Shown here piece by piece: positions 1 through 12,917 of a stretch of 64,000 bases of DNA. The position numbers and the translations under genes are program-made. How positions within the stretch are numbered: position 1 is the stretch's first letter; each line of letters opens with the position of its first letter. The notes beneath the pieces were generated by a model that worked only from the letters and a program-made list of their open reading frames with translations, was not told the origin of the DNA and ran no database searches. Source of the DNA: Nemertoderma westbladi (taxonomy: Eukaryota > Animalia > Xenacoelomorpha); the NCBI GenBank assembly GCA_032718475.1, contig JAUCBJ010004241.1, positions 15,619 through 79,618 of the forward strand, in the 5' to 3' direction.

Positions 1-1782
1 TCTCCAGCACTATTGTCTACTATAACCATGTTGGTTACTTTGGTTTAATTCAACGTTTTCTTCTCAGAGTGTCCCTCTCCAGCACTATTGTCTACTATAA
101 CCATGTTGGTTACTTTGGTTTAATTCAACGTTTTCTTCTCAGAGTGTCCCTCTCCAGCACTATTGTCTACTATAACCATGTTGGTTACTTTGGTTTAATT
201 CAACGTTTTCTTCTCAGAGTGTCCCTCTCCAGCACTATTGTCTACTATAACCATGTTGGTTTCTTTGGTTTAATTCAACGTTTTCTTCTCAGAGTGTCCC
301 TCTCCAGCACTATTGTCTACTATAACCATGTTGGTTACTTTGGTTTAATTCAACGTTTTCTTCTCAGAGTGTCCCTCTCCAGCACTATTGTCTACTATAA
401 CCATGTTGGTTACTTTGGTTTAATTCAACGTTTTCTTCTCAGAGTGTCCCTCTCCAGCACTATTGTCTACTATAACCATGTTGGTTACTTTGGTTTAATT
501 CAACGTTTTCTTCTCAGAGTGTCCCTCTCCAGCACTATTGTCTACTATAACCATGTTGGTTACTTTGGTTTAATTCAACGTTTTCTTCTCAGAGTGTCCC
601 TCTCCAGCACTATTGTCTACTATAACCATGTTGGTTACTTTGGTTTAATTCAACGTTTTCTTCTCAGAGTGTCCCTCTCCAGCACTATTGTCTACTATAA
701 CCATGTTGGTTTCTTTGGTTTAATTCAACGTTTTCTTCTCAGAGTGTCCCTCTCCAGCACTATTGTCTACTATAACCATGTTGGTTACTTTGGTTTAATT
801 CAACGTTTTCTTCTCAGAGTGTTCCTCTCCAGCACTATTGTCTACTATAACCATGTTGGTTACTTTGGTTTAATTCAACGTTTTCTTCTCAGAGTGTCCC
901 TGTACAGCACTATTGTCTACTATAACCATGTTGGTTACTTTGGTTTAATTCAACGTTTTCTTCTCAGAGTGTCCCTCTCCAGCACTATTGTCTACTATAA
1001 CCATGTTGGTTTCTTTGGTTTAATTCAACGTTTTCTTCTCAGAGTGTCCCTCTCCAGCACTATTGTCTACTATAACCATGTTGGTTACTTTGGTTTAATT
1101 CAACGTTTTCTTCTCAGAGTGTCCCTCTCCAGCACTATTGTCTACTATAACCATGTTGGTTACTTTGGTTTAATTCAACGTTTTCTTCTCAGAGTGTCCC
1201 TCTCCAGCACTATTGTCTACTATAACCATGTTGGTTACTTTGGTTTAATTCAACGTTTTCTTCTCAGAGTGTCCCTCTCCAGCACTATTGTCTACTATAA
1301 CCATGTTGGTTACTTTGGTTTAATTCAACGTTTTCTTCTCAGAGTGTCCCTCTCCAGCACTATTGTCTACTATAACCATGTTGGTTACTTTGGTTTAATT
1401 CAACGTTTTCTTCTCAGAGTGTCCCTCTCCAGCACTATTGTCTACTATAACCATGTTGGTTACTTTGGTTTAATTCAACGTTTTCTTCTCAGAGTGTCCC
1501 TCTCCAGCACTATTGTCTACTATAACCATGTTGGTTTCTTTGGTTTAATTCAACGTTTTCTTCTCAGAGTGTCCCTCTCCAGCACTATTGTCTACTATAA
1601 CCATGTTGGTTACTTTGCTTTTATTCAACGTTTTCTTCTCAGAGTGTCCCTCTCCAGCACTATTGTCTACTATAACCATGTTGGTTACTTTGGTTTAATT
1701 CAACGTTTTCTTCTCAGAGTGTCCCTCTCCAGCACTATTGTCTACTATAACCATGTTGGTTACTTTGGTTTAATTCAACGTT
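1..1782. repeat. 75-bp tandem satellite, left part (~24 units, continues beyond window start)
   Basis: Unit GTGTCCCTCTCCAGCACTATTGTCTACTATAACCATGTTGGTTACTTTGGTTTAATTCAACGTTTTCTTCTCAGA repeated near-perfectly; interrupted at 1782 by an LTR. Confidence 0.98.
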
Positions 1783-3002
1783 TGTAAAAGCTTTTGTGGA
1801 TATAATCAGTCCCCTTGCCCGCAAAGTACCGTTGTAGGTGTTTTAACGGACATAAAAGTCATTCTTCTATATGTGTGCTTTGGCGGACATGGCAAGGCAC
1901 AAAACCCGCAATGCGTCAAATACTCTAGCACAGTGTAGCCTTGATGATTCAGATTACGACATCTAACAGCTGGTTGCTGGCATGGAAACGGCCATTGGAC
2001 ACATGGTTCTTTGTTTAGCTTAACAGCCAATCAGGGTGATTTTTACTGTCGATGTGGAGATATTCTACAGATCATGCTAGGAGTGTTCAGTCTTACTGTT
2101 TTTTCTTGATACTGTTTTGTTGTTTCTATCTAGGCCAAGAACACCGGCTCTGGAGTCAATTCGTTTCAGACTTTAGAAGAAACATTAGTAGGCTTAGATT
2201 ATAGAACGTATAACTGTTATCGGCTCAATCAACACGGCCCAATTATTAGCGCAGTAGCGCAGCGGTACAATCTTATATTGTTATAATCTTAACCTACCGT
2301 CTTAATGCTTTTTACTGTTGTTATTATTTGTATCAGTTGGTTGAATATTATTATTTGGAGAACATCTATAAAGAACCCAAATTTCCCAATTTTCTTGATA
2401 CACTACAGGTTAGAGAGACAGGTTACATATAGCGATTGCGACTTATATTATCGTGGTTTGTAGTGAGTTTAATGCTATTTGATAGGCACTACATGAGTCA
2501 ATTGCTGTTCTCTTTATATATGATAAAATTCATTGACGGTCGGCAGATTAGTGTGCAGTATTGTGTGGTACCGGTAGTGTGCATGATTGTGGCTGATAAC
2601 TAAGCATTTCCTAAAGAATGCGCCTCATACGTGAATCATAAGCCTTACAGTCTTACAGTTGTGTTTAGTATAAGTCATATCTCTGTTTATCTAGATAGAG
2701 CGCCACGTCCTAAAGGAACTGTTAATATTTCCCGAAAGTGAATAATATTAGTCAGGAATTATTTATTAATGATCAATCGAATAATACAGTAGGCTTCACT
2801 GCAATAATAAAATCTAAGCCCCATCCGAATCCAGTCTCCCGGGTATATCCAGCGGGTGAATGGACGCGCACTAGGCTGGCTTCGGCTAATGTTGTGTTTA
2901 TTGGTATTAAATACTTGTCATTTACTAAAAGTCTATTTATAAACCAAAAGACATATAAATTTTAGCAGGTTAAACTGCTAAAGGTCTTCAAAAGCGCGTA
3001 CA
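1783..3002 (+). repeat. 5' LTR of element 1 (1220 bp)
   Basis: Starts TGTAAAAGCTTTTG, ends AAAAGCGCGTACA; near-identical to 12918-14134. Confidence 0.97.
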
Positions 3003-3013
3003 ATAACAGTTAT
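3003..3013 (+). promoter_or_regulatory. Non-canonical primer-binding site of element 1 (ATAACAGTTAT), candidate self-priming PBS
   Basis: Abuts the LTR terminal CA, lacks the TGG of tRNA PBSs, exact reverse complement of ATAACTGTTAT at 2210-2220 in the LTR. Confidence 0.65.
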
Positions 3014-3067
3014 TGTCTTTATTGCAGTAAGCAATAAAGTTGAAAGTACTGATCGACCGGTAAACCT

Positions 3068-3229
3068 GAACCGGTACTGCTGTAGGTCCGTAGGCCCAAC
3101 TGCCAGAACCGGTACTGCTGTAGGTCTGTAGGCCCAACTGCCAGAACCGGTACTGCTGTAGGTCCGTAGGCCTAACTGCCTGAACCGGTACTGCTGTAGG
3201 TCTGTAGGCCCAACTGTCCTAACCGGTAC
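3068..3229. repeat. 38-bp tandem repeat (~4 copies) in 5' leader of element 1
   Basis: GAACCGGTACTGCTGTAGGTCYGTAGGCCYAACTGCC repeated at 38-bp period. Confidence 0.9.
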
Positions 3230-3399
3230 TTCCAGTATAAGTACATTAGTATTATTCGATTTTGATTATTGTATACCGGTAGGTCTTAGTATTTAATCAG
3301 GGACTGCAGCCCTGGTTTTTTATTGAGATTTTACTTATTTCTGTCGGTTTTATTTACATGTAAGTTAATATTGAGCTGAAGACGTGTAAGTCTGCTCAG

Positions 3400-3985
3400 A
3401 TTGTTCAGATAATTGTAGGCTGGACTGTTGTCTGACTGTTGTTGGGTCTGGAGAGATTGCGGTGCGTGTGGAGTTTGTCCGATAAAGTGCCAGTTAGTAA
3501 GTTGGGGCAGCCAGAGCTGTAAGGTCAATCCCCTCTTAAAGAATAAGTCGTACTACCGTGTTAGAACGCATACTAACTAACCATTTTGGAATCTGCATAT
3601 ACTGTAGTTTATTTAGGCTTGATAGTAGTCTGCCAGCGTTTTAGCCTGTGTTTGTTTGTGTGGTCTGTTCAGGTACCGTAATAGTTATTACTCAGATATT
3701 TTGTAGGCTGGATTGTTGTCTAGCTATTATTAGGTCTGAAGAGATTGCTGCGTGTGTAGAGTTTGTCTGATAAAGTGCCAGTTAGTAAGTTGGGGCAGCC
3801 AGAGCTGTAAGGTCAATCCCCTCTTAAAGAATAAGTCGTACTACCGTGTTAGAACGCATACTAACTAACCATTTTGGAATCTGCACATACTGTAGTTTAT
3901 TTAGGCTTGGCGGTAGTCTGCCAGCGTTTGGTTTGTATTTTGTTTGAGTATTCTGTACGGGTAGCGTAATATTTATTATTCAGAG
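3400..3985. repeat. ~288-bp tandem duplication in 5' leader of element 1
   Basis: GATAAAGTGCCAGTTAGTAAGTTGGGGCAG at 3481 and 3769; single copy in element 2; ends approximate. Confidence 0.85.
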
Positions 3986-4981
3986 TTTATGCGATTATTC
4001 GCAACATTCATGTCCCCAAGTTTATTCCTACAGTAATTGTGCTTGTTACACATACCGTTATAGTTAAATTAACCCCGGTACTACACGGGCTGCTTGGCGT
4101 AGGTAAAGACTGGTGACTTTGTGCTCCGGTCACTCCAGCAGATGCCGTGGTTCTTTTAACTGTTCAAGTATATTTAACTGCTAGTTATCTGTTTTTAATA
4201 AGTACTTGTACCTAATTTAGGGTTTGGTGTACAGTGCTTTCCGAAAGTAATTAGTGTGTAGGCAGTGTATTGTGTTGTAAAGTGGTTAATAGGCACGTAT
4301 CGTAAGTAATTTGTAGTATTAAGTAACTTAGGTAAATTAGAATTATCTGTTTTAGTGTCCAATAAGTAGCACTTCACTGAGAGCGCACAGCTTCTGTGTA
4401 GTGACTCCCCCCAGAAATAATAACATTTATTTCAAATATAGACAAAACCCATTTTAAACGGGTATATATATATTATAAATCAACTCAAACGATTTATAAA
4501 TAGTAGGCCTGCCATACAACAACTAGGTCTCAATATCAGTTGGACTACTGCTTAAATAACGGTAATAAAGTAACTTAAAGTAACTAAGTAACCTTTAAAA
4601 TTCAGAAATTCAATTATTTAAATAATTGATATACCGGTATTTACGATAGGCCTATTACCTTTATTTCTATAAATTTAGGCTGAAATTATACCGGTATTCT
4701 GTAATTAATTCTAGTCCAGAATTACAATTATATACTATAAGTGTCAGCTGTATACCGGTATTCACGATAGGCCTATTATATATTTATATATATTTGTGCT
4801 AAAATTATATACCGGTACTCTGTGACAAAACTAGTTTACAATACTTCTATATATTATAAGTGTATACCGGTATTCTAATATACTGTAATAAATTACCGGT
4901 ACTAGGCCAACGGTCATACTGAATTACTAGACTTGCTTTAACTGTAACTATAGCAGTAAGCATTCAACTGTATAGCTAAGC

Positions 4982-7900
4982 ATGTCTGACACTAAGCAAA
5001 ACCTGTCAGACAGTCTAATCGATACAACCATCTGTGACACAGATAGGAGTGTGGAGCGATTAAGAAAAGGGTTCAGCTCACCTCCTACTGAAAGAAAGGT
5101 CATCCCTCCAGTAGTAGTATCAGACCCTAGGCTAATCCAACACCGTAGGTCTATCATCGGTACTCGGGCCCAGGTCAAACGGAACCAAGAAGCAGCTGTC
5201 CAACAGCAGCAACATCTTAGTCAAGAAACTCGTTCCCAGCGACCCGATAGCTCCAGTAGTTCGGATACTGTAGAGCTGACCCCCGAACGCGGAGTGAAGA
5301 TGGCGGTTACAGCCTATTCAGATCCCCTTCTCACCCTTCCTGCCGCAGTACTAACTACTATATTGATTGCGGTGGAGGAACACCAAGGCGATTGGGCGAG
5401 AAGTAAGCGAGCGACCCAAGATAGTTATGCGGGATACGCCAGGGAAGAATTGATGTCTATTGTCGAGTCACAATGGAACTTTCCCGGACCCGGACTCCCG
5501 TTAGATTTGTCCGAAGCTACTTGGGAAGACATACACAGGATGGGAGTGACTAAAGATACGATGGATCCAGCTGTTTGGAAGAGGTCGGCAGCAGGATATG
5601 TGCAGGGATTCTTCGGCTCCTTAGAGCGATTAGAAGAACAACTGTTTCGACAACCCCAAGGACCTCAAGAGCAGGAAGAGCTGCTATATCAAGTACGCGA
5701 AAGAACCCTACGCATTAGACTAATCCTATCAGCCTTTGAGGAAACTTCCAAAAGAAGACAGGACACGTCGCTGCAAGTTGCTGTCAAGACTTGGTTCCAG
5801 CGGGTAGGTCTCAAAGTACAAGAAACGGCCCAGTGGAAATCCCAGCTGTCTGAGCGACCAACCTATGAAGAATCAACCGATGCCACCTTTTCTCAAGTGG
5901 AAAGCGAAGTGACCGCAGAGAGACCGCGAACGAGAGACGCCATAGACATCTATCTGTCAGACTATCAACGTTTCCTAGGTGATGAAGAGTTGAGGAGACG
6001 ACTGGCTGGACTTCGCCCCAATAGTGAAGGAGCCAAGCTTGTGTTGGACTCAATCGATACGGAAATGTTAGCTGCAAACCAAGCTAAATTTGATGAAAAA
6101 CTCCGCCTCGCTAGAGTCCAAGAAGAACAAGTAAAGAAAAAACGGATAGAGGAACGAAAGGCAGCAGCAGTAGCAGCGGCAATGGCAGAAGCAGAAGTGG
6201 AAAGAAAGGCGGCAGCGGCAAAGGCAGAAGCAGAAGCGAAAAGAAAGGCGGCAATGGCAGAAGCAGAAGCGGAAAGAAAGGCGGCAAAGGCAGTGGCAGA
6301 AGCAGAACGGAGAGCGTCTGAGGAGACTACCCAACTGGAGTTGGAAAATCTGCAAGAGACGCAAGACTGCATAAATAAACAGTTAACTGCTAGTCAAATG
6401 CAGATGATGAGTCGATCTACTCCCAAACGCCAAGGATACACATCATCGGAGGAAGGCGAGACCACCGATCCTGAAGGCGGAGGAAATAGATCTCGTCTAA
6501 GCAGGCGTAGAAAAACATCTCACCGTCACAAATTGCCTGATTTGCCCCCCAGCGGTTAGAAGACAACTAGCTAGCACAGACTTAGGTAGTACAGAACCCA
6601 CAGACCAAATTATTAAGGTCAAAAGACTCCCTATGATAGTTGATGAGCCTGAAATAATTGGGCCTGTCGTTCCCAAAGCCACTCCTGTGCTAGAGACCCC
6701 TGTACTTCCAGAGCTTAACTCTAAATTCCCTCTACACAGTACTACACTGCCTGTACCCGGTAGAACAGTCCATGCGAATATCCCTGTCCTGGACACTGAG
6801 AGAGAAATCAAAGATTTGTCTCCCGTCGTCCCGCATCGGCCCGCTACAATGTTGGCGACTCCCGCTTCGGCGGTTGAGTGGGTAGAGGAGGGACGGCGGG
6901 GGATGAATCTCCTGCTCGGACAGATGCAGGAGACTGTCCACCAACTTAAGGGAACAGTAAGGGAAAGTAGGGCAGAATTGCAAGAAGTGCAGCAAAGTAT
7001 CGCGCTAGAACGCGACAAATTAGTCAATATACAAAAGGGTATACCAATACCCCCAGTAACATTGTGTCAACCTGTTAGGTCTGAAGTATTACATGCGCAA
7101 GGCGTGGAGCCTACACGCATCTATACTGCTAGTGAAGTAGAAACTCCTATAGCAAACCCTATTAAGGGTGATTATAAACCTGTTGTTAATGATATTCCCT
7201 ATAGACCTGATAATAATCCGATAAATTTATATACCGATAATTCGATATTAAATAATACGATGGCCCAAGAAAGCTTTACGCGTCAGATGGCTAGAACAGA
7301 AGCCCGCCAAGCGGTCAAAGTGGGAGAGATCGTCAAATTCAATGGAGATGAGATGAAATGGTTACCTTTCAATGAATATTACAAAGATAGCATACAGAAC
7401 TCTGTACTATCTAATGGAGAGAAACTTAGATTCCTCATCAAGTGCTTGGAAGGACCTCCCAAGTTAATGGCGTTAAAGTTTATTGGACATCCAGATGGAT
7501 TAAGACAAGTTTGGGATACATTAAACATCAGGTATGGTAACAAGGATAACATAGCTAAGTATTTGTATGCAAAATTAGTAGCCCCCCGAAACTTCCTTAG
7601 TAGCGGGATTATAGAGTTTTCCGATGAGATTCAGGAGATCTGTAGACAATTGGACTGGTTAGGTAAGTCTCATGAATATCAGAGTTCCATGGTTATTGGA
7701 GCCGTAGTCTCTACTTTACCAAAGGGTGGAGTATGTACACGCTGGGACAAGAAAGTGTTGTATATGAATGAGCAGCAACGACGAGGCCCTACCATGGCTG
7801 ATCTCATGTCCTTCTTAGATAGTGAAGTAAAATTACAACTCATAAAGCAGTCCAGAGAGAAAACATCGGAAAATAAGGTAAGTGAGAAACCCGTTTCTAG

Positions 7901-9602
7901 GAGAAGGGTAACACCAGTGTGTTATACTGACGACGGCAAAAGCCAAGCTTCTCAAGAAGAGGACAGCGGGAAAGACACAGCAAAATCTTACTATGACAAC
8001 AAGACCTATAAAGACGTAAGTAAATATAAGTCTCGAACCAGTGACAGGAGAGAACAGGTAACAACAACTCCTCCTACGTCTCCTAAGAGAATTCACGGAA
8101 GAAAGCCCGAAGAAAGAACGAGAGTGCATAACGTTACCCAAGGTAAAGTGAGTAACATCAAACCAAAATGTGCGCTGTGCGACGGGCCCCACCGTTTGAG
8201 TGCGTGTGCTGAATTCCTAAAGAAATCCCTTGTAGGCAGACGTGAAGTCATGTGGGATAAGCGGTTATGCTATAATTGCCTCAGATCAGGACACCAACGG
8301 CGAACCTGTTACTCCGACGTAAAGTGTGCAAAGTGCGGTGCGAAACATCACATCTTGTTACACAGTGAATTCGAACGAAACAACCCGAGTCAGGTAAGTG
8401 AGCCCGAACTACATGTCCAATTCAGTGATGTAAATGACAGTGATCAAGAATCTGAGATGGAAGGATTCTATACGGACGAATTCTCCGACACCAACGAATC
8501 CTGTTACCTAATAAATACCGCAGTGTATCGAGCACTTACGTATGAAAAGGACACCGACAATGAGTTCCCCCCAACTACCTTTGACAGACAACCATCTTGG
8601 AAACCTCCAACTTCCAACGTAGGAATCAGAGAATTTCCTGTAGTGCAGGTAAGAGTTCACGGTCCTAACAAAAGTTACATAGTGAACGCCCTCCTTGACT
8701 CCGGCAGCACAGGAACATTCATCGATCAAGAACTAGCCGAAGACATCTTTGCTGGACAACCCAAGTTCCAAACTAAGTTGAATATGTCCGGAATTATGCA
8801 GGTTTGGAAATCTACCATAACGGCAGATTACTATGTAGGTGCGTTGTCCACCCCCCAGGATAAATTAGGAGCACAAAGTATAAGGTCAGTAAAACTGGTG
8901 GCTATAAAGAACCTCGCTACTACCCAAGTAGAACCTTATAACTGGGACGAGGACGAGAGCATCCAACTGCTTAAGATACCTCGATTCCAGACCGATTATC
9001 CTGGAGTGCAAATACTCATCGGCCAAAACGCGCATGAGGCGCTCGAGACATTGGAGAAACGGCCTGCTCAACCGCAGCCACTACAAACCTATGCGGTAAG
9101 AACTAGAGTAGGTTGGTACTTCACTGGCCCTTCCCATAGAACTCTCAAAGAGAGATTACCTCAACAACAGGTATACCAAGTAAAGGAATGGGAAGTGGAG
9201 AGCAGTGATGTGGACGATCCAACTGAGGGAACACCATACTCCTCAGATAATGACGATATTAACTCCTATGTAGATCAATGGAGACATTGCCTTGGGACGA
9301 TTAATCCAGCCGACATCGCTTCCAGAGGAGCAACTCCTCAAGAACTGATAGATACTCCAGGCTGGTTAGGTGGATCCGACTTCTTAAGTAAAGAAGAAGT
9401 AGAATGGCCTCCTCATCTTACCACGGCGGAGATTAGACAGGCCAAGGGAGCGGAGAAAGTAACACAACAACTCAATCGCCCAGCTGGTCGTTTATGTTTA
9501 CTGGAAAGAGACCGAAAACTGTCCGGAAACTATGGAAGGCAAGATACTCTTCCTACGACCACTTCCCTAATCCGACAAATATCTAGGGACTCCATAACGT
9601 AA
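4982..9602 (+). pseudogene. Gag-protease polyprotein of element 1 with pol deleted (frameshift near 6550)
   Basis: ORFs 4982-6559 and 6633-9602; DUF1759-like IVKFNGDEMKWLPF; triple zinc knuckle CALCDGPHRLSAC / CYNCLRSGHQRRTC / CAKCGAKHHILLH typical of BEL/Pao; protease ALLDSGS; RNase H remnant NPADIASRG; C6 versus C5 run relative to element 2 causes the frameshift. Confidence 0.92.
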
Positions 9603-11246
9603 TCACATATGGAGTGGGCGTGTGACTATATCATTTTATATTTGTTTTTATTTTATATTTATGTATGTATTATTATGTAATTTTATTATAATCGTTTTCT
9701 TTAATTTTATTTAGTAGAATGTTATTTTAGTGATTATTTAGTAGATTAGTGCAATATATTAGTGTTTATTACGTACGTAATTACTTATAATATATATTTA
9801 GTGCGACGGCGAGAAATAATTATTTTTCTCTTTCCTTACTGTCCGTATTATATTATAAACACGAGACTACAGTAAGATGACATGTCAGTACTTATTAAAG
9901 TACAATAAAGCTCCTACTATATTTAAGTATTATTGGTAGGCAGAGTATTAGGAATGCAAAGTTCAGATCCTCGTGTCTCGGCTAAACCAAGCTCTGGGTA
10001 GACCTTGGAAACGACTTGCCTCTTCACACTGACATTGCTTCGTGCGATATTGCTCTTCTACTTTATATTAAATAATACATATAGTAACGTGATGTCCCTA
10101 TAACAGTAGCTTAAAACGCAAATAAATTTTTTGACCTTTTGACCTTTTGAACTTTTGACCATCTGTAATTCTAGTCGATTAAGATATCGCGGCACCCACC
10201 GATATACTTGAAAGACAAATTCTAGAATCAGTGGTTAACGTCCCCAGACAAGTTCTGGAATAAATCGGTGCCCATCTTAAATATTAATTTAATATTTATT
10301 AAAATCTGTAAAATTCAGTTCCTTTAAAATTTCTAGTCAATTAAGATATCGCAGCATTTACCGATACTCTTAAAAGACAATTTTACAGAATTAAGGATCC
10401 TAGGTCCCCAGACATGCTCTGGAATAAAATTGTGTCAATTTTACCATCAAATAATAAAATTCACGGGAATAAATTTAAATTCATATCTTAAATGAATTTC
10501 ATAAATTGTCATTTGTGCAATTTATAACATTCCCAAAATTCCATTAATTAATAGATCATGGGAGCGGAGATTCATCCTATTGAGTGTATTAGAGTGCGAG
10601 AATCTCCAACATATAGTCAATATCCGATAAAATTAATAAAATCATACATAAAGAGGATATTGACAATGAAAGAATTACTATTAAATAGCATTCCAGATCT
10701 GTATGCATGAGAATTACCCTAATTCTACCGCTAGCTTTCCATAATGTCACCATAGCAACACCCACGCTAGAATTAGAAGCAAGTTAAAAGAACAATAGAA
10801 AGCTTGTCCCATTGCATAGCACAGAGAATACATAGCACACTGTTAGTATCCAAGGATACACAGTAATAACGTGACATTCTGGAAGGCACTGACTAACGGA
10901 CAAATGGCCTGTATGTGTACAATTGGTGACAGTTGTGTGGAATTTGTGCGTTTATAGGTGAATGTTACTGCTAAAGTATGTTTACAGTAGCTAGTCGCAA
11001 TTGTGAAAGTAGCCCAACTCTCCTATAGAAAGAACCTAAAGTGGATTCAAGCCTTTGGGACGGACAGTGGAGTGACTTGTGCCGGTTATCGTTGTCGTGC
11101 TGTTGCTACATGTTGGCGTAAACACCGCGACGACGGTACATCGGCGCTGAGAATCCCACTGTCCGGGGGCAAAGAAAGGGTAGGCAGCGACGCCCGCTCG
11201 CCTAAACATAAACTCCTTATAATATTAATAAACCCAAATAGCAGAT

Positions 11247-12839
11247 ATGACGGAGTTGATAGAAGATGATCTTGGTATCAGGGAGCGATATACTCTACCT
11301 TTACAAGCATTTGTGGATAGCTTGATACGCGGTGAAGCCGATCCAACCATTACGGAGGACGATGGTCATTATATCGAACCGCCGATGTCCCAAGAGCAAC
11401 TTACGCGTGAATTGGACTATCGAAAATTCACCGCTCGCTATACGCATCGTAATGGTACGTATATGGACTTCTTAACTACCGGCCATCCTATCGACTTGCA
11501 TAATACGGACGATGTAGACACCGAAAGGGAAATGGTTCTATTTAAATATCATACCCAGCAGAGTCGTAACGATAAACCGAGAATAGAACACGAAAATTCT
11601 ATTCGTAACAGACTGGAAAGAGAAAACGTTGAAGAACCGGATAAACGCATCGACTTCAACGACTACCTGGAATTTTTGGGAGAAACCTATCTCAACATTG
11701 CCAGTCAGCAGAACCTCGAGACTCTATATCCTCAAGGTATACATCATGACCCCATGGTAGAACTCAAACGGCTCTATTTCACTATGATGTATCTTACCGC
11801 CGATCGTCCACTACCTGTTATCCCGGATAGTTTTGAACAAATGGAAGAATATTGCAAAGCTGGAGAACGATCACCCGCGTTTCCTCTACAGGACGTACGT
11901 CTTTGGTATTATTGTGACGAATGCCCTAGACCCAACCCACAAACTGAAGGACACAAACGTCCGCTGTTCCTATTTCCACGAACAACCGGCGATGGAAATT
12001 TATTGTGCATATTGCAGACTCAATAACTTGCATATTTTTGCGGTTTGCCCTCAATTTATGACTCAATGTCACCATTGTCAACTAAAGGGACACGCCAGTT
12101 TCGATTGCCCTTTTAATCACGATTTGGAAAGCGTAGATGAAATGATTACACTACGTTACATCAGAGCTTGGGAAGCGAACGCTGATTTACATTGTGATTC
12201 GCGCCATCGCTATTATCCTGGACGCGCTTACGAAGGAGTTTATGCGTTCCATCCTTACCTATTCGCTTCTGTCGAACAGAAATCACGCATATCGAGTTAC
12301 GAACTACTAAAGCGCGTCGGAGAATGTATTTCAACCAAGTTCGTACGCAAATTTCTCAGGAGTGTTAATCCTAGCGACCTTCATTCATATAACCTAATCA
12401 ATTTTATCCGTCAGGATCCGGACTATGGAGACTTATTTGTTAACTCACACCCCGAGTTACAGGAAGTATATCGACGGCCTACGAATACCGAGCCCGCGAA
12501 CGCGAGTTGGAAAGAACCATTAAACCCAGGAAGTTTCTGACTGCCTATGGTCCACCCACGGCTCTCGTTCAGACCACTCGTAAAGGACCCGTAAGAGCGG
12601 CCGTCCTAAAACGCGCTCTCAAGGCCGTTAGACCCCTCTCCCCCGATGTTGATGTCAATCAACCCGGCACTTCGACTGGCGGATACACCGACCATAATCC
12701 TACACCCTCTGATGCAATCATATTGCACCCTTCACCCAGGAGTTATAGCCCTCCTTGTAAAGTGGCTCGCCCCAAAGAGAAAAAGACTCTGGCCAGCTTT
12801 AAAAAACTGCGTAAACGCCGTCCGCGCAAGAAAGACTAA
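11247..12839 (+). pseudogene. Accessory ORF of element 1, internally deleted (~2.65 kb lost near 11960) and frameshifted
   Basis: ORFs 11247-12026, 11833-12540 and 12507-12839 match the N- and C-termini of 52184-56436. Confidence 0.9.
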
Positions 12840-12909
12840 CTGTTTAGAGTATTTACGTATATTAGAAACTGTGATTTTTGTATATTTATAGACTTGAATC
12901 CCATTTTCT

Positions 12910-12917
12910 GGGAGCGG
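12910..12917 (+). promoter_or_regulatory. Short polypurine tract GGGAGCGG of element 1
   Basis: Purine-rich run directly before the 3' LTR; identical at 56506-56513 in element 2. Confidence 0.7.

Noticed and set aside
69-1787. 572-aa repetitive ORF
   Set aside because: Artefact of a stop-free 75-bp satellite frame; GTG start, no domain, truncated by an LTR
1806-2030. Short ORFs duplicated in LTRs (also 12941-13165, 39650-40097, 56685-57119)
   Set aside because: Identity reflects LTR duplication; not conserved between subfamilies
3003-3030. Canonical tRNA primer-binding site
   Set aside because: No TGG near the LTR end in either element; an internal tRNA-fragment primer cannot be excluded without a search
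5811-7027. Antisense ORFs over gag-pol (also 47492-48148 and others)
   Set aside because: Shadow frames of coding or repetitive sequence without motifs
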